A stretch of 64,000 nt of DNA from Gnetum montanum (Eukaryota > Plantae > Gnetophyta): the NCBI GenBank assembly GCA_015680685.1, contig MNCI01000614.1, positions 370,825 to 434,824 on the forward strand, read 5' to 3'. The stretch's first letter is position 1. Each line of letters opens with the position of its first letter. The notes below the pieces were generated by a model. It saw nothing but the letters and a program-made list of their open reading frames with translations, was not told the DNA's origin and searched no databases. Below, piece after piece: positions 1-12,861 of this stretch. Position numbers and translations under genes: made by a program.

Positions 1-2039
1 TTGCTACATAGAGGCATCTTTATTGCAGAGTTTCTTGGGCACACCTGTTACATGGAGACATTTCCTCCATGTCATCACCCGATGAATCACTGTATGTGAT
101 GCATGAAACTATCCTATTCTCGATCTTTCCACATATGTTTATCTTAGAGATTTCCAAGGAAAGATCGCGGATCCTAAGGCATGTGTATACTATACTTAGC
201 CATGCCCTTCTCATTATAATTGGGAAGTCCCCTTCGTTGTTGTTCACTTTGATCACCAGAAAGTCAACTGGGTAGGACCAACCACACACAATGGTGATAA
301 CGTCCTTCATCAATCCTAAGGGAATGGTGATGGACTGGTCTACCAGCTCTAGTTGGATGTTGCTCTTCTTAAGTTATGGCAGGTTCCAGGCGTGATACAT
401 CTTTTGCGAAATTAAGTTGACTCTGGAACCTGAGTCAAGAAGAGCTCGATGTGGTGCATTTCCAGTGATCTGCAAATAAATAAAGGGACTCCCAGGGTCA
501 ATTAGTTTTCTGGGAAGGTGGCCTACCTCGATCCAATCAGTTATGGTATGTGTTAGCATAACCGTATGCGTTACACTCCTTTGGACTGAAGGGTTCTCTG
601 AAGCGTTAGTGGTTAGAGGCCTATACATGTACCTGTCCGCTTGTTGTTGCAAGAGTTTGTCTAGGATCCTAGTCCTGAAAAAAGGTCTTTTCTTTGTACA
701 ATTGTCACCAGAACTAGCACCCAGCTGGATATTTACATGTTGAATATTTACAGCTCTCGCGGCGTTACGTTGCTATGGTTGGGTAGGCAATTCCCCTTGC
801 ATTGTTGGAATAGGTTGTATGGGAACTACAGGAGGAAGAGGTGTGGGTGGAGTTAGAGGATGGACTGAATATGAGATGTCTCTCGGAGGAGAAGGAGTCC
901 TTCTGAAGTACTCCCGTGCTTGGTAGTGATGCTGGGGGGTAGTGTGACCCATAGAGTCACCTGGAGAAACTGGCTACTACACATAATAACCGTAAGGATC
1001 AGGCTACTGGTAAGGGTATTGATGTGTTGGCGGTGGCATCCCCCATGACTGTGGGTATTGCCACTACTGGTGTTGTTCAATGGGATGTGGAGGCGTTCCA
1101 CTTGGATAATATGTTAAGGGTTGGTGGAACTGCCTTGGGTTACCTTGTGGGTAAGGCAACCTTTGGGGTGTTTGCCGTTTATTAAGTCTTGGATTTAATG
1201 CATAGACCCTAGACTCCTGCAGATGTGAGATAATACGATAACATCCCTTAGGATGGTCATAGTAGCAGACCTCACATTCACTATCATTTTCTGAATCAAA
1301 ATTTACAGCCCCATCGGAGATAAGAATTTTTTCCTTACCCTTGTTATGTGCAGGGCTTAAGTTTCTCCGCTTGGTTTTTCCTTTGTCACTACCTTGCTCT
1401 ACCTTAGACTCTTCTATGATTTTCAAGAATATTTCTATTCGTGAGTCTAAGGAATCCTACATTTGGTCTACCTTAGCCGATACCTCAGTCGTTAACTTTT
1501 GGATCGGCACGGTTTTCCAGTTCACCAACTCTTCGAGTGGTGACTCATCCTCCTCATCTTAGAATTTCACTCCCTTCTTGTGAAGGGAGGGATCGCGGTT
1601 GTATTCTTCCACACTTTCTCTCTTCCGTAGCTCACCCTCTTCTTGCGCTACTTGTTCCAACAAGCTTTCAACTTCATGGGCTTTTAGTTGGGAGAGTCTC
1701 CCTTGGGCGTAAGTCCCAAGAGTTCTTCTCGTTTCATTCCTTAGCCCATCCACGATGTGGCGAAGTTGATCCCACTTAGCATACCCATGGCCCGGGCAAC
1801 GATGTAGCAGTGTATAGTAGCGGGCCATGGCATCATCCAAGGGTTCATAAGCACCTTGTTTCCAACCTTGGATCTGCTTACGCAAGTTGGACGCTCTGGA
1901 GTATGTTTGATATTTGTTGTTGAAAAGTTCAAGCATCGTACTCCACCTCCTGATGGTTTTCAGTTCTAAGGACTGGTACCAGCTCTTTGCTTCTTTAGTG
2001 AGTGTCCTTGGGAACAACTTGAGCTTCTGCCACTCATTA
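1..2039 (-). pseudogene. gag-pol: gag (Retrotrans_gag-like) plus aspartic protease of element 1, broken by stops
   Basis: ORF 1559-2017 reads FPRTLTKEAKSWYQSL..IRRWSTMLELFNNKY. ORF 374-652 contains the protease motif ALLDSGSRVNLIS. ORF 20-313 contains PVDFLVI..PIIM.RAWL. Confidence 0.9.
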
Positions 2040-2797
2040 NNNNNNNNNNNNNNNNNNNNNNNNNNNNNNNNNNNNNNNNNNNNNNNNNNNNNNNNNNNNN
2101 NNNNNNNNNNNNNNNNNNNNNNNNNNNNNNNNNNNNNNNNNNNNNNNNNNNNNNNNNNNNNNNNNNNNNNNNNNNNNNNNNNNNNNNNNNNNNNNNNNNN
2201 NNNNNNNNNNNNNNNNNNNNNNNNNNNNNNNNNNNNNNNNNNNNNNNNNNNNNNNNNNNNNNNNNNNNNNNNNNNNNNNNNNNNNNNNNNNNNNNNNNNN
2301 NNNNNNNNNNNNNNNNNNNNNNNNNNNNNNNNNNNNNNNNNNNNNNNNNNNNNNNNNNNNNNNNNNNNNNNNNNNNNNNNNNNNNNNNNNNNNNNNNNNN
2401 NNNNNNNNNNNNNNNNNNNNNNNNNNNNNNNNNNNNNNNNNNNNNNNNNNNNNNNNNNNNNNNNNNNNNNNNNNNNNNNNNNNNNNNNNNNNNNNNNNNN
2501 NNNNNNNNNNNNNNNNNNNNNNNNNNNNNNNNNNNNNNNNNNNNNNNNNNNNNNNNNNNNNNNNNNNNNNNNNNNNNNNNNNNNNNNNNNNNNNNNNNNN
2601 NNNNNNNNNNNNNNNNNNNNNNNNNNNNNNNNNNNNNNNNNNNNNNNNNNNNNNNNNNNNNNNNNNNNNNNNNNNNNNNNNNNNNNNNNNNNNNNNNNNN
2701 NNNNNNNNNNNNNNNNNNNNNNNNNNNNNNNNNNNNNNNNNNNNNNNNNNNNNNNNNNNNNNNNNNNNNNNNNNNNNNNNNNNNNNNNNNNNNNNNN
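2040..2797. other. Assembly gap (N run)
   Basis: 758 N. Confidence 1.
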
Positions 2798-2908
2798 TGT
2801 TTACCGTTATTTATGTTCTTAATTAATTGATTAACCCTAAGGTTCATTAAAGCTCACAACGATCTGAGTGATATCCCTTATGTTCTAATTGGCGTAAAAA
2901 ACACTTAG

Positions 2909-2926
2909 TCCCCAGCAACAACGGCA
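2909..2926 (-). promoter_or_regulatory. Degenerate tRNA-Asp primer binding site of element 1
   Basis: Minus strand reads TGCCGTTGTTGCTGGGGA 1 nt after the LTR end; homologous to TGGCGCCGTTGCCAGGGA at 62417. Confidence 0.7.
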
Positions 2927-3560
2927 ATGATGAGTGGCGAGGTACCCCTACACTCAACCATATGAAACAAGCGTAGCACATGTGATTCGGTCAAACTGCA
3001 CAGACTAAATGCCTAAACGCCACAAGGAACACTTGGGGTTAATCGTTCATTGTCTTCCCAGGCTTGCTTGTATGTGTCACAGTGTATGGTTAAGCAAGTC
3101 TGAGGTATATGATTTTTTTGGTATTTTCAGGTTTATCTCCTATGCTATGAGGGTGAAGGGTTGAGAAACTAACTAACTCTAACTAAGGACCTAAGTCTAA
3201 ATTAACTAGTGTCAGCATCCGTTCCCACTTACCGTACACACCCTGAATTGTGCAACTGTGGCTACCAAACGCTAATCGTTACTGGGATCACCACACATAA
3301 CGCACATGCTCGAAGTGGTCATGCTGAGGCACCTAGTTAGCCTAAGTGTGATAAGTAGCCGATTCCTTGGCTAGCTGTACACACCCGTGGGTGCTCGTAG
3401 CCAAGTCGTACTTATCCCATGTTCTAGCCTAATGTGATGAGTAGCCGATTCCTTGACTAGCCGTACACATTGGACTACCACTAGGATTACCAAGCACAGA
3501 TCCTGGAATACGCTACTGGGTTACCAAGCAGTCACAATGCTCGTAATCAAGTCGTACTCC

Positions 3561-3952
3561 NNNNNNNNNNNNNNNNNNNNNNNNNNNNNNNNNNNNNNNN
3601 NNNNNNNNNNNNNNNNNNNNNNNNNNNNNNNNNNNNNNNNNNNNNNNNNNNNNNNNNNNNNNNNNNNNNNNNNNNNNNNNNNNNNNNNNNNNNNNNNNNN
3701 NNNNNNNNNNNNNNNNNNNNNNNNNNNNNNNNNNNNNNNNNNNNNNNNNNNNNNNNNNNNNNNNNNNNNNNNNNNNNNNNNNNNNNNNNNNNNNNNNNNN
3801 NNNNNNNNNNNNNNNNNNNNNNNNNNNNNNNNNNNNNNNNNNNNNNNNNNNNNNNNNNNNNNNNNNNNNNNNNNNNNNNNNNNNNNNNNNNNNNNNNNNN
3901 NNNNNNNNNNNNNNNNNNNNNNNNNNNNNNNNNNNNNNNNNNNNNNNNNNNN
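3561..3952. other. Assembly gap (N run)
   Basis: 392 N. Confidence 1.
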
Positions 3953-4060
3953 ACGCGATATCGTAGGGGATGCGATATCGCGTCGGCCACGATATCGCGT
4001 ACACGATATCGTAGGGGATGCGATATCGCGTCGGCCGCGATATCACGTACGCGATATCGT
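3953..4060. repeat. CpG-rich palindrome array (CGCGATATCGCG-type) in LTR U3
   Basis: Seven GATATC cores arranged in a unit of about 48 bp. Confidence 0.9.
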
Positions 4061-4085
4061 GGCTTGTGCAATCTGCGTCTCATCA

Positions 4086-4342
4086 GTTTCAAATGCTTCC
4101 TCTCATTAATTTGTCTTCTTCCTAGTCCTTAGATCATCTTTATTTGATTTTTGAGATTTGTTTTTCTTCATACTCATCATTATTCTCATCTTTCACTTTG
4201 TCATTTCATTGTAGATATCATTTTCCTTGAGTTCTCATATCTCATTGTCGAGTTCTAGTTTATGTGTTGCAAACACAACATGCACAACAAGCATTCTATG
4301 GTCTCCATTTTCATTAATTTTTTGATGTACCAAAAGGTCAAA
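4086..4342 (-). repeat. 3' LTR of the copia element, truncated by element 1
   Basis: Aligns with about 8549-8820 (e.g. ttccttgagttctcatatct vs tcccttgagttctcctatct; taccaaaaggt). Confidence 0.85.
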
Positions 4343-4356
4343 ATCTCCCCATTTTT
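4343..4356 (-). promoter_or_regulatory. Polypurine tract of the copia element
   Basis: Minus strand AAAAATGGGGAGAT abuts the LTR. Confidence 0.75.
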
Positions 4357-6126
4357 GGTAATGTCCAAAACTTAAGAAAATGGGTTAGTAGGTCCTGAAA
4401 TCAATTGAGCTAAAGATGATACATCCCTACTATAGTACACAACTCATAAGTCATTAAGACATTTATGAATTTTGAATGAGAACATTTATGACAAAGAACC
4501 TAGGATAAGAACATTAGTACGATCATAATGTCAAAAAGATAATCATCAATACCATCATAAGATTAGAGCTATTTCTAGGTTATTATCATTTAATATCTAT
4601 ATTTATCATTACACTAGTTCAAATATATTCACCAAATCCTAATGTTTCTTAATCCATAAGATCATTGTCATATTTCATAAATCACAATCATCTGACAAGT
4701 CATCACTTCTAAGATCATCTCATTTATATCACAATCACATGTGATATCCATAATAGCATACCATGAAATTCGTTTTCTTTGTAGACATCATCAAAAAGGA
4801 GTGGAGCTTGAGAACTATCTATAAGATAGATCAAAAGAATGCACAATCTTCATCGAAGTAAGACCTCATAAAATTTTCTAAATACATTTCCATAACCACT
4901 AGAATTTCATTTGAACAAGTACATACATACTCAACTTATAAAAGATATATTAGTTCTTAGATCAAGAGATAAAGTAATTTCTAAGATGTCCATATTGATC
5001 TCATGTATCTTATGGAAGTTTAAGATATATTATCCATTCATTTTCAGAACTTCCTAAGAGGTTTTCATAATTTTAGAATCAAAGTGTAACTACTTCATCT
5101 TGCTTTATTTTTGTTCATATTAACAATAGAGGGCTTAAGTACTCAAAAGAATATATATTCATAGTATGTCAATGATGTAGTATTATCATATAGATATATT
5201 CAAATGAATTCTAGATACTCATACTATTAATGATCACTCTTAAGTAATAGAAATTTTAAAGATTGAATCAAAAACATTTTTCTCTTTTACCTTGAATTTG
5301 TATTAGATGAATATACCTTTTGTTGCCTTCCTAAGATTTATGTCTTGGAGAAGATCTTCATAAACTTCCAAGTATCGATGCTTCATAATAATTCATGAGG
5401 TCCAAGCTTCCCCTACATATGTGCTTATCCTTTATTTAACATTTTCAAAGCCTAAAGCTAATTTTTCATAATCTTTCTTATTTAAAAATATTAATTAATC
5501 CAAAAATATTTGTAGAAAGATAAAAATATTAAAAAAAATGAGTAGCCACATATCATAACAAATTTTTCTTTCTTGATCATTCAACCATTCCTTTCTTTAT
5601 CATTTTTGTACAAAACTTGGTTCAAATTAGTGGCATCTTATGATAAACATGGATACAATGTCATTCTTGATTCTCAGATTTAGATTTTCTTTAAGAATAA
5701 ACCTTTATAAGGATCTATAAGAAACTAAATAGTTTAAGAGATAGCATGAGAGATAGCCATACTATTTTATTCTCCTTTTCTATAGATAAATATGTTTTCT
5801 TTAAAAAGAATTTATTAAATATTCAAAAACTAACAAAAATTTTAACAAGAAAGTATGGAAATAGAAACCTACCATAACTTACCTTACTGGATTATTGAGG
5901 TGAGAAAGAACTAATGAAGTTTTAGATGAGGTCCTCTATCATGGAGTACCTCCTTACCTTTTGATTTTCTTTCATTAGTTCCTTTACTAATGTCTTCAAT
6001 CTTGTATGGCAGTCCTTCTTGTTCATGTTCTTCAAGATAGGAGAATCTATGGTCATTTATTATATCATCCATTATTCTAAATAATTTTCCAACTTTTAGC
6101 TCATTCTCATTCCAAGTTACTGCATC

Positions 6127-7660
6127 CTACAAGATACACTTACTAGGTTCCTTTTGACAAGACCAAGCATCAATGTTATTTTTTCCAATATGAGGATAAT
6201 CATAATTTTGTTTAAATCCATAGTTTTTACAAAAAAATAAAGTGTTTTCTTCAAGAATAGAGTTATCAAACTTAATTACACTTGATCTGGTGCCTACACC
6301 CTTTTGTGGGATTTCCTCTAAGCTTTCACTTCTAGGATGCATTTCATTATTTTCATTGACTTATTCTTCTAGAGTATCCTTGCATTTCTCTTCATCTAAT
6401 AGGATTAGTAGTTAAACCTCAACATTTATGTTTGAGATTTCCATTTTTAATTAGAAGATAAGGTATGAATTTTAGAAAAGTTTCTATTTATATTTTTCTT
6501 TAACTTTTTCAATAAATAATGTAGGATAAGAATTTCTTCACGTAGCTCACTATACCTATCATCATACTTACCTCTTGGTTCATTAGAAATTTGTGATGAA
6601 TTTTCATTTGTAAGTGGAATATATATAGGCTAATAATATTTTGCAGTATCATCAATCTTGTCTTCAATTTACACTCCATCATCTTGACTTATGTAGAAAT
6701 TGGTCTTATTTATGTCCATCTCAGTCTTATCCTTTTGTGATAACCCACCATTGCTAGGACATTCAGAGGCCACATGGTATCTTCCACTACATACCAAACA
6801 TTATATTGAAAAAGCATCAAAATTAGAATTTGAAAACGTTTAACATCTATTCTTACCTTTAGAGTTGGATTGGTTAGGTCCTAATTGATTGAGGCTTCTT
6901 CCTTTTCTTGCTAGAAGTCATTGAACTATTCTTGATAGAAAAGCTATTTTCTCTTTGCAGCTTGCATCTTGTTTAGATAGTTCCTTTTATTTGGATGTTT
7001 ATTTTAATGTAATGGGATTTTATTTTGTTTCCCCTTTTCTCATGATATTCATTTCATAGGAACTACAAGCACTTTTGAGTTATTCAAATTTTAATACCAA
7101 AAAATTCCTAATTTCTTCTGTAGTTGTAACCTTAGGTCTAAATTCAAGTTGTATTGTTTTAATAATTTTAATGATGACATCACTTTTAGACAAGTCCTTT
7201 CCTATACCTCTAATAGCTAAAAATATATCCTTTGCTCCAAAAAAATTAATCTTTTATCTTTTCTCCTTCCCTCATTTTGAGTTTGTCATACTAACTTTGC
7301 AAAACCAAGAGTTTTGATTGTTTAACTATGGATTTTCCCTCATAGGTAGCTTGTAAGGTTTTCCAAATTTCTTTAGTAGTTCTACAACTAGCTAACTTAT
7401 TAAATTCAGATTTATTTAATGCATAATATAAATAATTTTTTGCTTTAGAATTGTACATGAACTTATCTCTCTTTTGATGTCCAGTTGTTTTGTGGCTTGA
7501 TGGCCTTTGTTGTGATGTTGACAGGTGGTGTGTAACCTTCAAGGATGAACTCCCATACCTCAAACTTCATTGACTCAAAGAATCCTAGCATCCTTGCCTT
7601 TTAATAAGAAAAATCAAACCCATTGAACATTGGTAGCTTTGTATAGGATATCCCCTCCAT
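6127..7660 (-). pseudogene. gag: Copia gag (Retrotran_gag_2/UBN2-type) with CX2CX4HX4C zinc knuckle
   Basis: Starts MEGISYTKLPMFNGFDFSY*KARM at 7660. Contains YNSKAKNYLYYALNKSEFNKLASCRTTKEIWKTLQATYEG, and CLVCSGRYHVASEC at 6759-6800. Confidence 0.88.
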
Positions 7661-7703
7661 AGTTCACTCTTGAAAGTTGAATTTGAACATAAGATTACCA
7701 AGG

Positions 7704-7713
7704 TCTGATACCA
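7704..7713 (-). promoter_or_regulatory. Initiator tRNA-Met PBS
   Basis: Minus strand TGGTATCAGA, 2 nt from the LTR end. Confidence 0.9.
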
Positions 7714-7715
7714 CT

Positions 7716-8820
7716 TGAGGATCAAGAACCTACAAGAAGGGGATGAATACATTTCCAATTGAAATTATACCTACCACATAAAAATACAAAATTTTACATG
7801 GTTCCCTAACTTGGGTATTTCCACACTTAGAGGCTAGAATCTATGCACATCTCTAGACTTTGTTTCTTATTAAAATGTGAATTGAAGGGCATCACATCTT
7901 ATACAAGTTTTGAGCTCTGTACCAAAGTATTTTATCACTACCAAACCACTCAACCTTGCAAGGTCCCTATAAGCTCAAAATGTGGTTTTAAGGATTACAT
8001 AACCTTTACAAAATTGAGCTCTACTTTAGAGTGTTTTGACATTGCAAAATCACTCAACCTCATAATATTGCAAGCAGATCAATGTGGATGCCTTCTTACA
8101 AGAAGCACATCAACTCCATAGGGCAACAAGAAAAATAAAAAGATATAATGAAAGAATGTAACTAAAATTACAAGTCCTTGTGATTGAAGCTAAAGTCAAC
8201 ATACAACCAAGCATATGATGTCACAATGAAGAACAAGAATATAATAGCATACATATGATAATGATTGTTGTGATGTGAATAATACTTGCGTAATTCTCAA
8301 GAATTTAGTATCTTCTTATAGCCTCGAAGCTGCTGAAAACTCCTCTAAATTCATGCAATGGCTATCCAACAGCTAGTGTAGAAATCTCCTTCAAAGTTGG
8401 AACATCAACTTGAGATTAGCTTCAATTTAGGAGAGACATCTTGTTGAAAAATGGAATGTTTGCTATGGGATGTCTCTTGGGAGACATCTTCTCTGGGATA
8501 GAAACATCTAGTATTTCTAGGAGACATCTCCTCAACTCTTGGGCTCTAGTTTTAAAGGCTTATGCTCATCAATTTATCTTCTTTGGAGTCCTTGGGGCAT
8601 CTTCATTTTATTTATGACCTTTATTTTTATCTATGCTCATTCATGTTCTCATCTTGGGCCATATAGTCTTCACTTTATCATTTCGTTGTAGGTACCATTT
8701 CCCTTGAGTTCTCCTATCTTGTTGTGGAATTATTTTTTATGTCCTACAAACACATCATCCACAACAAACATTCTATTTTCTCCAGTGTCCTTAAAATTTT
8801 GACATACCAAAAGGTAAATA
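7716..8820 (-). repeat. 5' LTR of the copia element (about 1.1 kb)
   Basis: A TATTCATCCCCTTCT motif near the 3' end resembles SIRE-type LTRs. GAGACATCTC-type palindromes at 8430-8532. Homologous to 4086-4342. Confidence 0.82.
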
Positions 8821-11437
8821 AGATCTAGTTACTATGCATGCAATGGTAGCTTACCTTAGCTCTTAGCTATGTCTTGCAGTGCTATATGATGTAAAATGAA
8901 GTTCTTTTTTGTAAAACATGCTTTTATTTTTGTGGTTTTTAATCCAGTTATGACTAATTATGAGTTGCAACCCTTCACATCATGAAAATAATTTTTTTTA
9001 AAAAAAAAATTTAAAGTTGCAACCAACTATGAGTTGCATCTAGTTACATCCACTAAATTGAGGATCACACCTATCTAAGCTATTTTAAAAATCAGAGAAA
9101 GTAACATTATAATGTGGTGCACTCCAAGTTGTAGTCATCTACATTATTCAAAACCCAAAAAGATGAGTTCCAAAATGTAGTAAACTATGATCTAGAATCT
9201 ATTGCAGGTGCCAAACTGCAATAAATAAAATGTCCAAGGTGATAACAACTCGCAATCAAGCCCACAGTAAAAGTCTAAGAAATTGCAAGTTACACACTAT
9301 TTGCACTTCCTAGTCAAAAATAATTCTTCCACAAATATCAAGAAAAAGAAAAGAGAAAATAGAGTAAAGAGAAAAAAAAGAAAAAATAATAAAGAAAAAA
9401 ATTGTGATAGATGAATAACTAAGATGTTAATTCTTGGTAAATATAAAGAAATTTTGTTGAAAAAAATAAATTACTTTCAAAAGAATAATATAAATAAATG
9501 GCATTGTCTAGTTTAGACATTCATGAATCATTGTTTACCAACTTATTCATGTCTTATGGCACTATGCATCTCAAAATACAAAGTCTTCCCTACTAATAAT
9601 AGTTGTTAGTAATAGGAACTCATATGAATCAACATTATAACCTTTTCCTATGATCATGAATAAGAAAGAGCTTTAGCATCTAAAATACCTTATTACCTAG
9701 TAATTTTTTTTTTGTTTTCTTTTCTCTAGTGATTATATAATTATTGAACTACCATTAAAACATGGTCCATGAACAATGGAAACTTTTCTCTTGGTGTAGT
9801 TCCATGGTTTCATAGTATAAGATGTTTATTAGAAAAAACATTCTTAAATCTTTACACTAGCAATAGGTTATGATTGCGTTTCGAACTATCACTAGTTCAT
9901 AAACAATAGAATCTTTGCTCCTAGTAAAGATTCATTCCTTATGTAAATCATTTCCTATGAGTATCCCCATGGTTTATGTTTAATATCCCATAATATCTCT
10001 TATCCCATGTCTCTAATTAAGGAAGACCCAAAGCCTCAAGTTTGTCATGATATAGCATATTAAGCTAAGAATATGCCTAGTACAACTTAAGAGAATTTAA
10101 TCACTTGTGAATTGAGAAGGTAACAAACTCTATTCATAATCCAAAATTTTATCTATTTATAATGAAACATAAAAGTTAAAAAATATTTCAAAGATAAATA
10201 TTCCCAAAAATTCATGCCATAGAACAAGTCAAAGTTCCATCAATTTAACTCATTGAAGCCTAAATACCATGAAAGATATGTTATCATAGATACTACCAAA
10301 GACTCGATAAGAACAATGACCACTACCATGCATAATTATTAATAAAAATGTAATTTAGGGTTCATAGTACCTATTACCTAATACTTGTAGAAGATAAAGC
10401 ATATAACAACAATGTTATTAACCTACCATATTAAGAAGCATGAAGATCAAATAATCTCAGAAGGACCCATTTAGAACTAGTCCATGATCAAATTAAATTT
10501 AGCTTGTTCAGAAGCATTAGTTAATGTAATCATCTCACTATCAAGGAATGAATATTGTTAAAAATAATGTTTGAGTCATTGACCATTCACACATAAAGGC
10601 TTAGAACTACCATACCTAGGATCTTAGTAATCCTGAAAGATCCCTTCCATTTTGACACTAGTTTCCTAGAAAAATGTCTAAGCTTTATATTAAATAATAA
10701 CACTAGATCACCTTCTAAGAATAATTTTCTTATAATCTTCTTTTCATACCACATTTTCATCTATTTCTCATACAAACATTGCCTATCTAGAGTGTGCATA
10801 CTATCTTCATCTAAATGGTTTAAAGCTAATAAATGAGTAGAAAGACATGAGTCCAATTTTATTTCCAATTCATATTGCATTTGAAAGGACTTATTTTGTA
10901 TCAAATAAGGAATAAGGCATTTCTTACTGAACACTAATTCATATGGAGTAAAGGCAAGAGATGACTTATATGATGTACGAATAGCCCATAATGCATCTAC
11001 TAAATGATAAGACTAATTTGCTCTATTCTTTCCTACAACTTTCTGTAGAATGTTTTTTATTTTCTTATTCATACTTTCATCTAAATCATTTGATTAAGGG
11101 TGATAGCAAGTAGCAACATGATGCATAATTCCCATTTTGTGTACCAATTTTCCCATTATTTCATTAACAAAATATGTGCCTTGATCTCTAATTAGGATTT
11201 GTGGTTACCCAGAGCATGGAATTAAGTCTTCTCTTAAGAACCTAGCTAACATTTTAGCATCATCATCTTTAGTTTCTTTTTCCAGGACCCATTTGGTAAC
11301 ATAATCAATAGAAACTAAAATATACTTACAAGAGTTTCTTAAAGGAAAAGGTCCATTGAAATCAATGGTCCAAATATAGAAGGGCTCACACTCCACTGAG
11401 ATAAGTAATAATGATGAAACACCATCTAGAAAAAACA
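8821..11437 (-). mobile_element. Old Athila-type gypsy fragment: integrase core/C-terminus plus 3' non-coding region
   Basis: Integrase motifs at about 10500-11437. Bounded by the copia LTR on the left and Tat LTR A on the right. Confidence 0.8.
10500..11437 (-). pseudogene. pol: Gypsy integrase fragment
   Basis: EPFYIWTIDFNGPFP..KYILVSIDYVTKWV; HHVATCYHP; DALWAIRTSYK; SKWKGSFRI (GPY/F-like). Confidence 0.88.
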
Positions 11438-12861
11438 TGTTGTGACCTATAACCTTCACTAGCCAATGCAAGGTAAGAATTTATTATAAATGTAAGATTT
11501 GTGATCCTTAAGTTGCAATATTGCATAATTCAAATTTTTGAGGCTAAAAAGAATCCCTCATAAGTTGCTACTACATCACTTCCCATGTGAAAAAGGAAAT
11601 GTCATGTCTATATTTGGGCTTGGGAAGGCTAAAAATGCCTTGGGTAATGCCAAAATTGACATTTTCATTGGTTGTTGTGGGTGTATAGCCTCAACTACAC
11701 TAGAATCACCTAGACCCAATGTTGGTAGTGTTTGGTTTTTAGTTTCCCAACAATTCCCAGCATAGTTACCACAAAATGCAATGTGGATGTTGTAAGGCCT
11801 ATGTTGGTGATGTTTGGTTTTTAATTTCCTAGTAATTCCCAACATAGTTGCCAGAAAACCTAGTGTGGGAGTTGCACACACTAAGCGTTGGAGTTGTTGG
11901 GTTTTCCATCTTCACATGGCCAGCATAGTCATCTCAAATTTGCAGGAATCTTCACATGCCTAGTGTAGTTACCATATTTTCCAATAGCTTTCAACCATGC
12001 CAACATAGCTCTCCAAGGCTAAGGTAGTTGAGGTAAAGCTAGTGTACTCACAAAATTCTGAGTTGGTATGATTTTGATAGCCCTTGGGATCTCAAAACTT
12101 GCCATAAATAAACAACTACACTAGGAATAATAACCTATAACACCTACAAATGACACCAATTTGTTAGCAATCATGGCAAAACTTTGCAGCCTAAAATTAG
12201 TAACCTTGAAGCCTATAAAGGCCAAACTTGAACACATTATTCAATTTTTGAACATTTTTGCAACCATACAACCTTGGCAACCTTGATCACCTTAAACTCA
12301 TTTGACATTTGTAAGAATTTTGGAACAAATTGATATTTTTCTGAGTATCAAAGACTCTTAGCATAGTACCATTGCTGCAATGGTTAAACACCACCATTTA
12401 CACCACTTGTACCAAAAGCTACAAATTCAAGTAAAAACTAGCAAGAATCTCTTAACACTTGGGGTTGGGATGTACCTAGATGATGGAATTTGACTGTAGA
12501 TTATAACTTTTCAGTGGAACAAGCTTCAACCTTCATCCAAACAAGCTTCTTGTGCATTTGAACATACAATATGTACTTGAACTCTATACATTAAGCATTT
12601 TTACTATTTCAATAAAGTTTATCAATTCATTTGTAGTGTAGATTTCATTTCAAGTTTAATCCTATGTTTATTCTTAATTGAATCTAGAATTTTATTTTAT
12701 TTTTCCAATTTCCATTCTTTAAGTCCTTAGGTAATCAGCCAAACCATCAAAAGTAGCTTGAATCCTTTTTCTTGGAGGTTCTTGGAATTCAAGGTCAGAG
12801 CTATTTCTACATCCAAGATATTTAGTTGCTATTATAGTAATCAAATTTTTTGGATGTAATA
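11438..12861 (+). repeat. 5' LTR of Tat copy A
   Basis: Starts TGTTGTGACC and ends aatcaaattttttggatgtaata (decayed CAACA). Homologous to 19041-20512 and to the reverse complement of 34298-35834. Confidence 0.85.

Larger units (their letters stand above)
1..4085 (-). mobile_element. Young Athila-type Ty3/gypsy LTR retrotransposon (element 1): 5' LTR, PBS, gag and protease; runs off the left edge
   Basis: LTR termini TGATGAG (2928) and CTCATCA (4085), with an adjacent Asp-type PBS. Gag and protease motifs are on the minus strand. Closely similar to the element at 61417-64000. Confidence 0.92.
2928..4085 (-). repeat. 5' LTR of element 1 (contains an N gap)
   Basis: 7-bp inverted termini TGATGAG/CTCATCA; reverse-complement homolog of 61417-62415. 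Confidence 0.92.
4086..8820 (-). mobile_element. Decayed, probably non-autonomous SIRE/Maximus-like Ty1/copia element
   Basis: Two LTRs (4086-4342 partial; 7716-8820), iMet PBS, GGGGAGAT PPT and a UBN2-type gag with a zinc knuckle. The internal region is only about 3.4 kb. Confidence 0.85.

Noticed and set aside
2040-2797. Apparent deletion of about 300 bp in element 1 gag relative to element 3
   Set aside because: It falls in an N gap whose length is only an assembly estimate.
1914-4109. Long ORFs of 177-302 aa in the ORF track
   Set aside because: They are made of N runs (X residues) plus translated LTR palindromes.
11436-11447. All three Tat LTR starts are preceded by CA, suggesting a different boundary
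   Set aside because: The TGTTG/CAACA inverted termini of LTR C fix the boundary; a 2-nt match in three cases is weak evidence.
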